Positions 40,812 through 54,463 of a DNA stretch of 64,000 bases are shown one piece after another. The position numbers were made by a program, and so were the translations under genes. The stretch's first letter is position 1, and every line of letters begins with the position of its first letter. The DNA comes from Octopus vulgaris (taxonomy: Eukaryota): positions 69,502,001 through 69,566,000 of the forward strand of contig OX597817.1 in the NCBI GenBank assembly GCA_951406725.2, written 5' to 3'. Under the pieces are notes generated by a model that worked only from the letters and a program-made list of their open reading frames with translations, was not told where the DNA came from and ran no database searches.

Positions 40812-41023
40812 TTTTTGCTAGAATATATATGTATGTATGTATATATATATATATATACTGCCTTTTACTTGTTTCTGTAGCCATGGTGGAGTACTGGTTT
40901 TCACACACAGTTATATACAAGACAAAGCATAAATAATAGTCATTACATATTTCTTTATTGTAGTAAATTTGACCTTACTACAATAATTAAATATGTAATG
41001 ACCATTATTCATGCCTTATCTTG

Positions 41024-41262
41024 TATGTATGTATGTATGTATGTATGTATGTATGCATGTATGTATGTACAAATGTATGTATGTATGTATGTATGTATGT
41101 ATTATGTATGTATGTTATGTATGTATGTATGTATGTATGTATGTATGTACGAATGTATGTATGTATGTATGTATGTATGTATGTACGAATGTATGTATGT
41201 ATGTATGTATGTATGTACGAATGTATGTATGTATGTATGTATGTATGTATGTATGTATGTAT
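41024..41262. repeat. (TATG)n microsatellite (another at 42710-42960)
   Basis: Directly visible. Confidence 0.97.
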
Positions 41263-42707
41263 ACATGCATGTATGTAAGTATGTGTATACACATACACAC
41301 ACACACACATATATACATAACAGGCTTCTTTCAGTTTCTGTTTGCCAAATATCCACTCACATGTCTTTGGCCAGCCAGAAAATTTATTTGCCCAAGGTTC
41401 TATGCAGACATGTTTTCGAAGAAGTCTGAAAATGAAAGACACCATATACATGATAGTGATGTTTGTTTATGAAGATTGTGTGATGTCAACCCAAGAAGAC
41501 ACATACACACAAACTAGACCTGAGCATGAGACAGACTATGTATAACATTTGCTTTTCGTCCTCCCGGGGTCATGGAAATATGTAAAACTATTGTCTACTA
41601 ATTTATTCAATTGACCAAATTGATTCATTATATGACTGTGATAATTAAAAGGTTTTTTTTTTCGTTTGGTAGTGTAAAGAAATCGTTAAATTCTAAAGTA
41701 ATTTTCTATTAGAAGATTAGAAGAATTCCATGATTCAAAATCTTAGAGACACCTGAAAGAAAGCAAAAATAGTAAATAATAACTAAAGAAAAAGGAAAAG
41801 AAGGAAATATCAAGAAAAATGTTGAATACTTGAGAAATGAGCTAGAGTTCATAAGCGTGTGTATATGTATGTATTATTGTACATGTGTGTGTGTTTGTAT
41901 GTATGTCCATGTTTCTGTGTGTGTGTGTGTGTGTGAATGTGATTATTTCAACAGTTTTCTATCCATATGTAATCATCACGCAACCTACTTACTTTTAACT
42001 TTTCGCCATTTTCAAAGGCATTTAATAAAAATGTGTTTAGACTGCACCTATTTAATGAAATGTGCTAATAAGTCACACAGTATTTTCACTTCTGTATTCG
42101 TTTCCAAAACTTTCATAATTTCTAGTAATATAATTTTCATGAATTAAAAATTATTGGGGGTAAAAAACCAAAAAAAAAAACAAAACAAAAACAAAACAAA
42201 ACATAAAACTCAACTATGAAAAGAAAATTACGTAAGAAACGAATTAAAACAAATTAATGTTCGGATTTAAATAAGTTTCTTACATTAGTAACAAGACAAG
42301 AAACCTAAAAGAAGAGTGTAATAGTTGATAGAATCACCACTCCATGCCAAGTTTATAACAGGTACATTATATTCTATTATCAATGCTCTGTTATTGAGTA
42401 CTAGGCCACCACATAATATCAGTAGATTTGTGTTAGTTTCTGCTATAAGACAGTGCATTTAGAGATGAGTGCTTGCGCATCTCCTTGCAGCTTCTGCAGA
42501 GCTTTGAAAAGGAAATGTGAGTTTATTTGGGAAAGCAAGCTGTAAGCTAATTAAGTTCAAAGCTTTATTGCATAATTTTTTGTTCCTTTCTCTTTTATTC
42601 CATTTCATATCATACCCTTACTTCATTAGCATTTTATTCTGAAGCATATGTACATTGAGTTCTAATAGCAGGTTATTAATATCACTATACCTAAGCAAAA
42701 TGTCGAC

Positions 42708-42738
<31 letters not shown>

Positions 42739-43469
42739 TGTATGTATGTATGTATGTATGTGTGTATGTAGGTATGTGTGTGTGTGTGTATGTGTGTATG
42801 TATGTATGTGTGTATGTATGTATGTGTGTATGTATGTATGTATGTATGTATGTGTGTATGTGTGTATGTATGTATGTATGTATGTGTGTATGTATGTACG
42901 TATGTATGTATGTATGTATGTATGTTTGTATGTATGTATATTATGTATGTATGGTATGTATATTATATAAGTTATGTATGTATGTTATGATTGATTGATT
43001 GATTCTAGTTTCAGCTCACGAGCTGTGGCCATGCTGGGGCACCGCCATTTATGTATGTATATCATGTATATATGTTATGTATATGTTATGTATATATGTT
43101 ATGTATGTACATATGTATGTATACATGCCTGCCTGCCTGCCTACCTACCTACTACCTACCTACCTACCTACCTACCTACCTACCAATCTATCTATCTATC
43201 TATCTTGGACCAGCAAGATAAGTAAAAAGTACTCCATCCAGTGAGAGATAAGTATCACTTGATATGCACAGGACTTAAATTCAAGCCCCTGTTAGTTTCA
43301 TGCTGTAAAAACACAATGATCTGACATGCTTGTATAGTATGCCATGTATTTCCAAGCAATTTTGCAGGTTCAAATATACAACAAGGCTGGTTCTTTTGAA
43401 AGAATGTGAAAGGACACTGGTCTTTCAAAAAGATGGGAAAAAAAAATCAGAAAAGGAGACCCCTCTTTA

Positions 43470-43672
43470 TTCTTTTATCTTTTACTTGTTTCAGTGATTA
43501 GACTGTGGCCATGCTACAGTACTGCCTTGAAGGGTTTTAGTCAAATGAATCGACCCTAGTACTTATTTTCTTAAGCCTGGCATTTATTTTATCAGTCTCT
43601 TTTGCTGAACCACTAGATAATGGAGATGTGAACAACATCAGTCGTAGGGACAAACACATACCTAAAAACACA

Positions 43673-43723
<51 letters not shown>

Positions 43724-43890
43724 ACACACACACTAAAGGCTTCTTTTAGTTTCTGTTTATCAAATCCACTTACAAGGCTTTGGTCAGCTCAAGGCTATAG
43801 TAGAAAACAAGTGCCCAAGGTACCTGCAGTGAAACTGAACTCAGGACCATGGGGTTGAGAAGCAAACTTCTTACCACACAGCCACACTTG
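43470..43890 (-). mobile_element. Family A SINE
   Basis: TTTTACTTGTTTCAGT..GGCCATGCT tail through TTCTTACCACACAGCCAC head. A more decayed copy lies at ~57985-58411. Confidence 0.8.
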
Positions 43891-43910
43891 TGTGCACGCA
43901 TGTGTGTATA

Positions 43911-43945
<35 letters not shown>

Positions 43946-44026
43946 ATATTTTGTAAGTTCTTTCTTATGACATATTCTGCATTGTATTTATATACTGGCC
44001 CTTGAGCCATTGAAGATATAGTAATG

Positions 44027-44123
<97 letters not shown>

Positions 44124-44574
44124 TTAAATTTGGTGGTGTATGAATGACACTAGGTCTTTTTAGGGTCAGTCAAAGAAAGGAAATATTGTCTTTAGATTCT
44201 GTGATCGGTTCTAATAAAGAAAAATGAAAAACAGAAAAACTACAAAGGGCAAAAAAAAGAGAAACAAATAAGCAAAAAAAAAGAAACAGAAGGTAAATAA
44301 CAACAATATAAAATAAAAGCTAAGTAGCTTTGGGGAATGAAGAACTTAAAATAAGATGATTCTACTGGTTCTTTGACTTTTGATTAATGGTGTGTAAGCA
44401 ATCAAATGGAGTATTTTCTGTTATATTAGTGAAAAAGATCAAATGTGCCCAAAAAGAAGAACAACAACGATGCTGCCACCGATGATGACGATAACAACAA
44501 CAACTACAATAACAACAACAATGGTAAAAAAGGAAAGGAAATATTGGAGGTAAAAATAATGAAATAAATAAATA

Positions 44575-44609
<35 letters not shown>

Positions 44610-45128
44610 GAAATAAAGAGGATATGTAAATAAGGAAACTATATTAAAAAAAGTATAAGAAAAATATATAAAGAGAAAATATATTTAAAAAATAAATAAC
44701 GGAAGAAATAAAAGAAAATAAGTAAATAAAATTAGAAAAAAGCTAGAGATCAAAAGTTATCTTTGACAACAAAAAACAAAAACAAAATATCAACATTGCT
44801 ACAACATTTAAAAATAAAAACAACAACAAAAATGAGAAGAAAATCTTTCCTAAGCTTTCAATGTTACAATAATAACAAGTGTTTGGAGAAAGAATACTTT
44901 TACAATGTTTCTTCATACTTGGTATAAAGTGATAATCTTTTTTTTTTTTTGAAATGTCCATCAGAGAAGAGGAGAAAGGAGAGGAACAAGGAGAGGGTCA
45001 GGTAAAGAGGTTGGCTCAAACAGAAACTGTTCCATCCTAAAATGCATTATGCGACTGATTGTTTTATGACATCCCAAACGCAACACAAATTGAAACAGGT
45101 GTGATGTCACAAACTGTCACCCAATGGA

Positions 45129-45699
45129 CAAAGTTAGATTTACTTACACCTAGTTTGGCCCTTGAACCAATAGGTTTTCAAGGCTGCTAAGCTGATGGGT
45201 TTTTGGGACCCCTGAGTCAATAAGTCTTTGGGGCCCCTGAACTGATAGGTCTTCGGGGCCTCTGAGCCAATGAGCTTTTGGAGCCCATGAGCCAATAGGG
45301 TTTTGGGGCCCCTGACCTGATAGGTTTTGGGGGACCCTGATCTGATAGGTTTTCAGGTCCCTATAATTTTGTTAATTCAAAATATAATAAGATAATAAGA
45401 AGACTCCATTAAATTTCAAAAATCCTCTCTAAATTCAGAAAGACTCAGTTAAATTTAATGACATATTAAATCTAAACAAGCCCAATAAATAAAATGTGGT
45501 CTCAATAATTTTAAAAGAACCATACTGGATTAACAAAAATTTATCAAGAAAATAAATTACATGCTATTTATTTGGTTGTTGTAAATACATTTTTAAGTTT
45601 TAATTCTAAGCTTGAAGCTTTTCTGAGTTAAAAGAGGACGGCAAACTTGAATGCCCTTGAGTTGTGGACCATATTGGTCCATACATAAATACAGCCCTG
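45129..45699 (+). mobile_element. Decayed hAT-like non-autonomous element with a 25-bp subterminal minisatellite
   Basis: 3' end TAAATACAGCCCTG, degenerate 5' end CAAAGTTAGATTTA, eight 25-bp GGGGCCCC-type units at 45162-45361. Confidence 0.5.
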
Positions 45700-46599
45700 T
45701 GAATGAGAAAGAATACCATTAATGTATTGATGTTTATCCCATAAACTCTAACCTGTTTCTTTCATTGTTTTTTATATATTTTATACAACAATTCATGAAC
45801 AATAACACAGCTGGTTACAGGTTTCCAACTGGTTAATGATTTCCAGCTGGCCATTCTGGTTGGCCATTTCTAATGGTGACAATGATAAAGGAATGTCTGT
45901 CTAAATCAATGTAGAATAACTATCTCAAAGAAATTTTTTCCATTAAGCACCAGCTTTTTTCAATGTTTATATTATATACATCAACAAAAGATAAACACAC
46001 ATACATATATAAACATGTTATTTCCTTCCTATCTATCAAAAGAAAGCACAAGCACTTTCACACATACATATAAGCATGACAGAACTCTTGCCTACTAATT
46101 ACACTCATAAAGCTTTAGCCAACCTGGAGTAACTAGAAGACACATGCCTGAGGCACGATGCTGTGGTACTGAACCCAGATTCCCAGGTCCATGTGGTTGG
46201 GAAGTAAGCATCTTACCTACACAGCCATGGCTGTGCCTATAACCCAAAACTAGCTTGACAACGAATAGTTATTTAACTAAATCTCTCCAAATTCTTGATT
46301 AATTTCCTTATTTTCCAAATTAATTAAAACACATAAACAGTGTATTTAATTTGAAATATGCTTATATAAAAAATTTTGTTGAAAGGAAGAAACGGTTAGT
46401 TGTGATCTCCTTGAGTCTTCTTAGATTGGTGAGATTCAACCTGAATTGTTCAGGTTGAACTTCTCTGAGTCAAAATTTGTAGGTGGAATTGTGGAGCAGT
46501 AAGGACTGGAACTAGGGATTAGTTTGGAGTCTGAGAGGAAAGAAGGGAAAACAGTATCAATGAAGGAGAATGGAATTGGTTGGAGAAAACCATATAATT

Positions 46600-47000
46600 G
46601 GTATATGAAAAGACAATTAGCTACTTCTTTTTATTAATTAAAAAATAAATTCATTTGGTGGAAGGAGCCATGCCCATGACTATGTGGGCTCTCTGAGACT
46701 GGTGGAGTCAATGCCATCAAAGGTCTGAAACTCAGTGGAAAAGACATGTACAAGGATATAATTTCACAAGGTCAACTTCTGGAGATAGAGGACTGGGGTA
46801 ATGGTTGATGTAAGGCCTAAACAAGTGGTTGGACATAACAAGAGTTATAAGATGAGAAGAGACAAGTGAGTTGACAATACTTGAGTTGAGGTGGCATGAG
46901 ACCAATTATCTCTAAGGAACAGAAGCAACTGTAACAATAATGAATGAAGTTGAGGAAGAGGAGATAACTTGGAGGCATAAGGCTGGTTGAAAAGTATCTG
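46600..47000 (-). mobile_element. Highly decayed CR1/L2-like LINE 3' fragment (related fragment ~47910-48080)
   Basis: Minus-strand remnants resembling LQPLAHRR..SSLCLFY..YY and YKxQVRxxMEY. Confidence 0.4.
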
Positions 47001-47207
47001 TGAGTAACTACACACTAATCTATTGTGTTACCTTAATCTAGATCAGACCATCTTAGTAGCATTGTAGACCCCAATCAAATCAATGTACTAGACCCAATAG
47101 CATTTATTTATCGACAAAGCATACATAGATAAGAGGCAAAGCATACATAGATCAAAACTGGACCTGTAGGGCCCCTGGGCAAATGCCAAGTGTCCATGCC
47201 CCAAAAC

Positions 47208-47542
47208 CAGGGGTTCTCAATCATTTTTTATCTATGGACTCCTTTGTTTACTGTTTTATTCTGGTGGACCCCCATAGCCATTTGATTTTATAGAAATATT
47301 TTTCAAGATTCCTATTTTGTTTTTCACACATTAACTTATGTACGTTGAACTATGTGAAACTTTAGAGAAAGAAATCCAGGAGTTTCTTGCAATACATAGC
47401 AATACATACACTTAAAGCAAAATATATTCAGGAGCCCTTAAAATACTTTTGTGGATTCCCAATTTACTATTTTATTGTATAGACCCCCAAAAATCTTATA
47501 TGGACCCTCATGGACCATATGGGCCCCAGTTGAGAACCACTG
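47208..47542 (+). mobile_element. hAT (Charlie-like) MITE
   Basis: TIRs CAGGGGTTCTCAA / TTGAGAACCACTG, subterminal GGACCCC motifs, degenerate 8-bp flanks. Confidence 0.8.
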
Positions 47543-47593
47543 CTTAAGACAGTACTGATCTGGGTGTTGTTTTAGATGTCTGTAGGTAACAGT

Positions 47594-47892
47594 GAAGGCA
47601 CGTGGCTTAGTGGTTAGGCAATTCCTGGTGAAGCATTGTGTCCTTGAGCAAGACACTTTATTTCATGTTGCTCCAGTCCACTCAGCTGGCAAAAATGAGT
47701 TGTATCTGTATTTCAAAGGGCTGGCCTTGTCACACTCTGTGTCACGCTGAATCTCCCTGAGAACTACATTAGGGGTACATGTGTCTGTGGATTGCTCAGT
47801 CACTTGCACGTTAATTTCATGAGCAAGCTGTTCCATTGATCATATCAGCAGGGACCCTAATCATCGTAACCGTAACCGACAGAGTGCTCCTT
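47594..47892 (+). mobile_element. tRNA-derived SINE with Deu/Nin-like core
   Basis: A-box TGGCTTAGTGG, TGTCCTTGAGCAAGACACTTTA, GCACGTTAA, and 13-bp TSD TGTAGGTAACAGT (47581-47593 and 47893-47905). Confidence 0.88.
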
Positions 47893-48337
47893 TGTAGGTA
47901 ACAGTAGTACTATCCCAAATGTGGAGTCAATATTCCATTATAAATCTCACTTGAACTTTATAGAAGATGTTGCAATAGAAGTTGTAAAATAGACAAAGGG
48001 AGGAGGAAGCATGGCTGTGGGCTTGAGGCTGAAGCAGTTTAGTATGGGTATCTTGGCTAATTAGCCAAATTAGTTTTATTTTGGGATTTGTGATTAAAGA
48101 CATTTCAGCTGTGACCAAACCAAATGTATTTTGGAATGGCAAATGGTGTATTTTGAGGGATATTTCATTACTATTTCCTGCAGGTTGATCAAAGGCATAG
48201 ACACCCCTTTGTTGGCTCCTGTATTACATTGGAGTGTAAAAGAAGTGAATGAAACAAATGGGAAAGAGTAGAGAGTGGCATAAAATGACAAAAGAGAGTG
48301 GAGACAGAGAATAAGGGAGAAATGATAGATTGAGAGA

Positions 48338-48377
<40 letters not shown>

Positions 48378-48603
48378 AAAGTGAAAGAGAGAAATGGTAA
48401 AAGGAGAGAAAAACATTGGAATATAGCAAAACATGAGTGAAAGAGAGGGAGAGACAAAGATCTAGAGCAAGAGAGATGGGGAGAGAGAAGAACAGACAGT
48501 TAGAATAAAAGGAGGAAATGAAAGAAAGAAAGAAAGAAGAAAGGCTGAGAATAAACGAGAGATGATAGCCTCATACATGCACACACATATATAGAAGTAT
48601 ACA

Positions 48604-48677
<74 letters not shown>

Positions 48678-48839
48678 CTATTGGGGATAATAGAAATTCA
48701 ATTGATGAGTTAGATTATGTTTATATTGAGCTATGAGAAGAAGCTAAATGTCTCTAGGTAATAGAAACCTGGAGATACTATTCTCAGCACTGGGCAGAAG
48801 AGCTAAGTTGGGGTGATGTGGGAGCTCAAGAGATAAACC

Positions 48840-48888
<49 letters not shown>

Positions 48889-49266
48889 TTAGTAATTAAA
48901 GGTTTTGCATGTACCAAATTGAAAATAGAAGAGAAGCCATTCTTCTAACTACTTGCACTCACTTTCCTTTTATTCTTTCTCTTCTTTTGTTCTTGTTATT
49001 TTTTTTTTTCTTAATTTCTTTAGCCTATTCTTTTTCTTTTTCTTTCTTTCATTCTTTTAGCTTCCTTCTATCCTGCTATACAACTTCCTTCTATTCTTTT
49101 CTTCTTTTCTTTCACTGCTTCTTTCTCTCTTTTCTTTTACTGCTTCTTTCTTTTCTTTCGCTGCTTCTTTCTTTTTACTTTCTTTCTTTTCTTTCTTATC
49201 TTTGTTCTTTTCTTCCATTTTTCTGCTTTCTGTCATTAGTTGCTCTCTCTCCCTCCTTCCTTTCTT

Positions 49267-49339
<73 letters not shown>

Positions 49340-49435
49340 CATCCATCCATCCATCCATCCATCCATCCATCCATCTACCTACTTACCTACATACATGCAT
49401 ACAGACCTACTTACCTACCTGCCTGCCTGCATGTG

Positions 49436-49504
<69 letters not shown>

Positions 49505-50125
49505 GTCTGTCTGCCTATCTGTCTGTCTCTCTGTCTGTCTGTTTAACTGATAGACAGTTAAATCTCTATAAGTGATATCTCCCCCACACTTGCAACACAC
49601 ACACACACTGCTGGCAATATCGTGTTTTTTTATAAATCCAGGTAATGTCATTCCTTGTCTTGCCCTGAAGCACTTTCCCTCATTTCTAAGAGAAAATTGA
49701 AATCCTGACACGCTTGCAATGCAACTTTCACTTGTAACTTTTTACCTTATCTGTGGTCAATAAGAAGAAATACAGTAAATAGTTAAAAATTGCATCATAT
49801 TAATATATTTGTATTAGTATATATATACATGTGTGTGTACGAGTGTGAATATGCATTAATTTTTAAATTTCATTGTTGTTGTTTGAATGAAATGGAGGTA
49901 GTGTTTGCATTTCTGTTGATGCCACATCCAATTTCTCTTCAGTTTAATCATTACTTGATAAACAAGTAAAGGTTAGTAATGGAGAGGATTGCTGCCTATT
50001 TCATCTTTCTCAGCAAATTTATTATTTCTACTTACTTAGTTAATCCTAAAATATATTTCTCTATATGTTGAAAAATACACTATTAAACCATACCTTCACT
50101 GTAATCGCATTGTTCCTCCTACATT

Positions 50126-50454
50126 CTTAAAAAGACTCCGCCGGTTACGACGACGAGGGTCCCAGCTGATACGATCAACGGAACAGCTTGCTCGTGAAAT
50201 TAACGTGCAAATGGCTGAGCATTCCACAGACACGTGTACCCTTAACGTAGTTCTCGGGGATAATCAGCGTGACACAGAGAGTGACAAGGCTGACCCTTTG
50301 AAATACAAGTACAACTCATTTTTGCCAGCTGAGTGGACTGGAGCAACGTGAAATAAAGTGTCTTGCTCAAGGACACAATGTGTCGCCGGGAATCGAACTC
50401 ACAACCTTACGATCATGAGCTGAATGCCCTAACCACTAAGCCACGCGCCCTCAC
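50126..50454 (-). mobile_element. Same SINE family as 47594, full length
   Basis: A and B boxes intact (GAGTTCGATTCC), 12-bp TSD TCCTCCTACATT (50114-50125 and 50455-50466). Confidence 0.92.
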
Positions 50455-50590
50455 TCCTCCTACATTATTACATTATCGTAAGGAGGTACATATTAACACA
50501 TGGAAAATTCGATCACACATTTTGATTGAGCCTTCCATGTGTTAACATGTACCACCTTGTGACAATATAAACTTTCATTTAATCAAGATA

Positions 50591-50683
50591 TCCTTGGTCT
50601 GACAAGTAGCCTGTGGTATACACCTCGCTTGGATATTTATCACTTCCAAGGTTCCGCTTGCTATGAAACATATGTAGCCCGGA
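50591..50683 (+). ncRNA. Hammerhead-like motif with a long stem II insertion (decayed)
   Basis: GGT-CTGACAA-GTAGC-(~49 nt)-GCTAT-GAAA-CATATG-TA-GCC, with palindromic stem III. Confidence 0.55.
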
Positions 50684-50730
50684 TCTTATCTACTCCATTC
50701 CTTAACTCTTGTGTGCGTGTGTGAGTATAT

Positions 50731-50946
<216 letters not shown>

Positions 50947-53066
50947 ACACCCATCGTCATCAATATATATATTTATACCCACCTACCATCATTCACACAC
51001 CCACACACCTTCTTCAATAGCGTCACCACTACATGAACAACCACACACACTCACTGTTTAACTCAGTACACACACCACACACCATCATGCACACTCCCAC
51101 GCCCACACAAGCGCATAATACCTGAACCCAGGCTATATATACATGCACACACAGCATACATTAACATGTGCTACATACATAGACAAAGTTAACTTACACC
51201 CACATATATACACCATACACATGTACACTGTTTGGTCACAGACTCACACAAACACATACACACATACATGTACACACACTATGTGAAAAAGCACACCTCA
51301 ACTGCCACACACAAAACACACATGTTACAGATGCACACATACATGCGCACACTCACACATGTCACATTCACTAGCCCCAATTCACAGACAGGCACACATT
51401 CACACACACTGTTCTCAGATACACACACACCATTCTCACACACACACATTTGCAAGCACACCTTCATTTGGGATCACCGGCATGTTATTATCTCCCTTTC
51501 TTTCAAACTTTTTCTAATCATTCGCCATAAAAGAAACATAAAAGACTTTTTCCTTTTCCCAAGCATCAAACTTGCTTGTTGTTTATACACCTGTCTTCGT
51601 CTTTTGTTTTTCTATAAATTTCAACTACATACCCCCCCCCCACACACACACACATACCTGATGGGCAATATTGAAGTTTTTGCCTAGCAGATTGACTTGC
51701 AAGTCTTTGATTGGCTTGGAGCTGTAGTAAAAGACACTTGTCCAAGGTACCACACCGTAGAACTGACTGCAAAACCATTTAGTCGAAAAGCTAATTCTTA
51801 GCCACACAACATTGCCTATATCTCTTATGTGTTTGTCTATGTATGTGCATGTGTGTGTGTATGTATGTGTCAGTATGTGTGTGTGCGTCAGTGTGTGTGT
51901 GTCATTGTGTGTGTGTCAATGTGTGTGTGTGTGTGTCAATGTGTGTGTGTGTGTGTGCTTGTGTTTGTATCTTTTGATGTAAACATAGGTGATAAAATCC
52001 AGAAACCAGTGCTTCTGACTAATCAAACACTATTTGGTATTTGTTCCACCCTATTTACACAGACACTCCCTTGTGAATCTCACCATCATAAAATGATTAG
52101 CTTACTGGAAACTGGTATTCAACGATGCTATTATACACAAAATGCAATATAAAATGAAATAAATACACATTAGCAAACTAGAGTCAATTCTCATTTCTTA
52201 TTGAATAAGTTTTACAGGCCAGTAACCAATTTCCAAAGTGTTTGATGATACCCTCCAACATCTTCTTGTTTGCATTAGCTTTCCATTATATAATCGCTGC
52301 ACCAAATATCTGAACAAACAAGGCAGATATTGTCTTAAACTATTTTGACAGAAGATATATGAGTCTATTTTGCATGGATGCGGTGCAAAATGAAACACTA
52401 TTTAATATATTTTCGGTACTAGTATCAGTATTAAGCATGATAAAATGAATATCACATTATGATGGTCAATTTAACTGTTCTGAAGCTGAAATATAGGAAT
52501 ATATCAAATACTCCTCTATAATTTCTTGTTAAATCTATATGAAGTACTTTTAGTGTTGCTCAGTGTTTGCTTTTCTCACCTTTTCTACGCAAACGCATTT
52601 ATACTACATAAATATCTATATATGTCAGTGTGGTGTGTGTGTATACTTATGCAGGCATATGTGGACATATGGTTGAATGGTGAAGAAATGGATGCACAAA
52701 TGATGATGATGATGATGATGATGATGTGTGTGTGTGTCAGTGTGTATGCTATACACTTAGAGAAACTATGCTAATACAGATAATGGAGGCTAGCACAGTC
52801 CTCTGGCTTGCTAGTTCCTGTTAAACCATTCAACCCATGACAACATGGATGTCAAGCAGTGAAAATAAAGATGATCGAGCAAGTGTTCCAGACCCTACTC
52901 ACCTGAAAATGTGCAGGTATAGAGCTGTTGATGGAACATATCAAGGCAATAACATATACATGTGTAAAATTCAGTGATTACCAGCTAATACCAATGTGTT
53001 AAATGAATTGTAGGGATTCAAAAAAACCCTGTTCATTCCATCATCTTATATTAAAATTCTTATATT

Positions 53067-53126
<60 letters not shown>

Positions 53127-53759
53127 GGGAGTATAACTCCAAACTTACAGGGAAAAATTCAATTTAGTATTAAATCAAACGTATGTAGTCTTTTTACTTA
53201 TTATATATTGTTTGTTCATTTTTTGTACTTTTCGTGATCTAGTTATATGTTTTATAATATATTTTATTTTTTCTATATGATATGGTTTATGTCTATCATT
53301 GTTTGAATTACATAATAGTGAATTTTCTCTAATTTATATATTATATATATATATATAATTCAGTTTTGGAAATTAATAAATATGTGGGCATTCTATTTCA
53401 GATTATGCAAAAAATAACATAATGAGTATACCTGAAGGTAAACTCTTGACTGTTAAAATGCAATATATTAGATATTTAATTTAATTTAATTTTAATTTAA
53501 TTTTTTGGGCTCAAAAAGCAAAAGCAAGGCCATGTAGGGGGACATGGAGTTATGTACAGGGAGGGTGTTCATACACAGAGTTCAGATATATATATATATA
53601 TGGATTCCTTCCAGGGGCCCTATTGTCGAGTTTTTCAGCAATCTGAGTATGCCATGAAGTTTCCAGACATGAGTGCTACTCACATGTCAAGTTTCATCAA
53701 AATCGATAAAATGTTGTAATAGGAGTTAGCTAACAACTCCACAAACACCTACATATGTA

Positions 53760-53839
<80 letters not shown>

Positions 53840-54044
53840 ATACACATATGTACATACCCACATACATGCATATATACATACACACACACACATATACATA
53901 CAGGCGCAGGCGTGGTTGTGTGGTAAGAATCTTGCTTCCCAACAACATGGTTCTGAGTTCAGTCCCACTGTGTGACACTTCCACAGTGTGGCACCTTAAG
54001 CAAGTATTTTCTACTATAGTCTCAGGCTGATCAAAGCCTTGAGA

Positions 54045-54372
54045 ATGGATTTCACTTGGCTTGACAGGTCTTCTCAAGCACACATATCACCAAAGGTCTC
54101 TATTCACACACAGGCATCATGCAATCTGCCTTTCATTTTGAGGGAGAGGCCCTTTGTTGCCAGCAGAGGTAGTCTATTCTTATTCTCACAGCTATACTCT
54201 CAGAGCAACCACTTCCACTACTAACTTGGTCACTTAGATAATGGAAGCTATCTGCTAAATCTAGCTTATTCCCATGGTAGTTGATTGAGTCTATTTTCTG
54301 TACATTTTCACTGTTTATTTTACCTATGCATCTTCCATACAAAAAAGCTGTTTTCCTTGTTGTTTCCTATGT
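54045..54372 (-). pseudogene. RTE-clade LINE C-terminal fragment
   Basis: DSFHYLSDQVSSGSGCSESIAVRIRI followed by LPLLATKGLSLKMKGRL after a frameshift. Confidence 0.75.
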
Positions 54373-54463
54373 GACTATAGCTTTCACCAGGTACATATAT
54401 ATATCTATACACACACACACAAGCATATATATATATAAGTGTACATAATATATATATTATGAA

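Noticed and set aside
45162-45361. CRISPR-like array
   Set aside because: Units are contiguous with no unique spacers, the context is eukaryotic and there are no cas genes.
46435-46459. Perfect 11-bp hairpin TTCAACCTGAA-ttg-TTCAGGTTGAA
   Set aside because: Isolated and short, with no supporting context.
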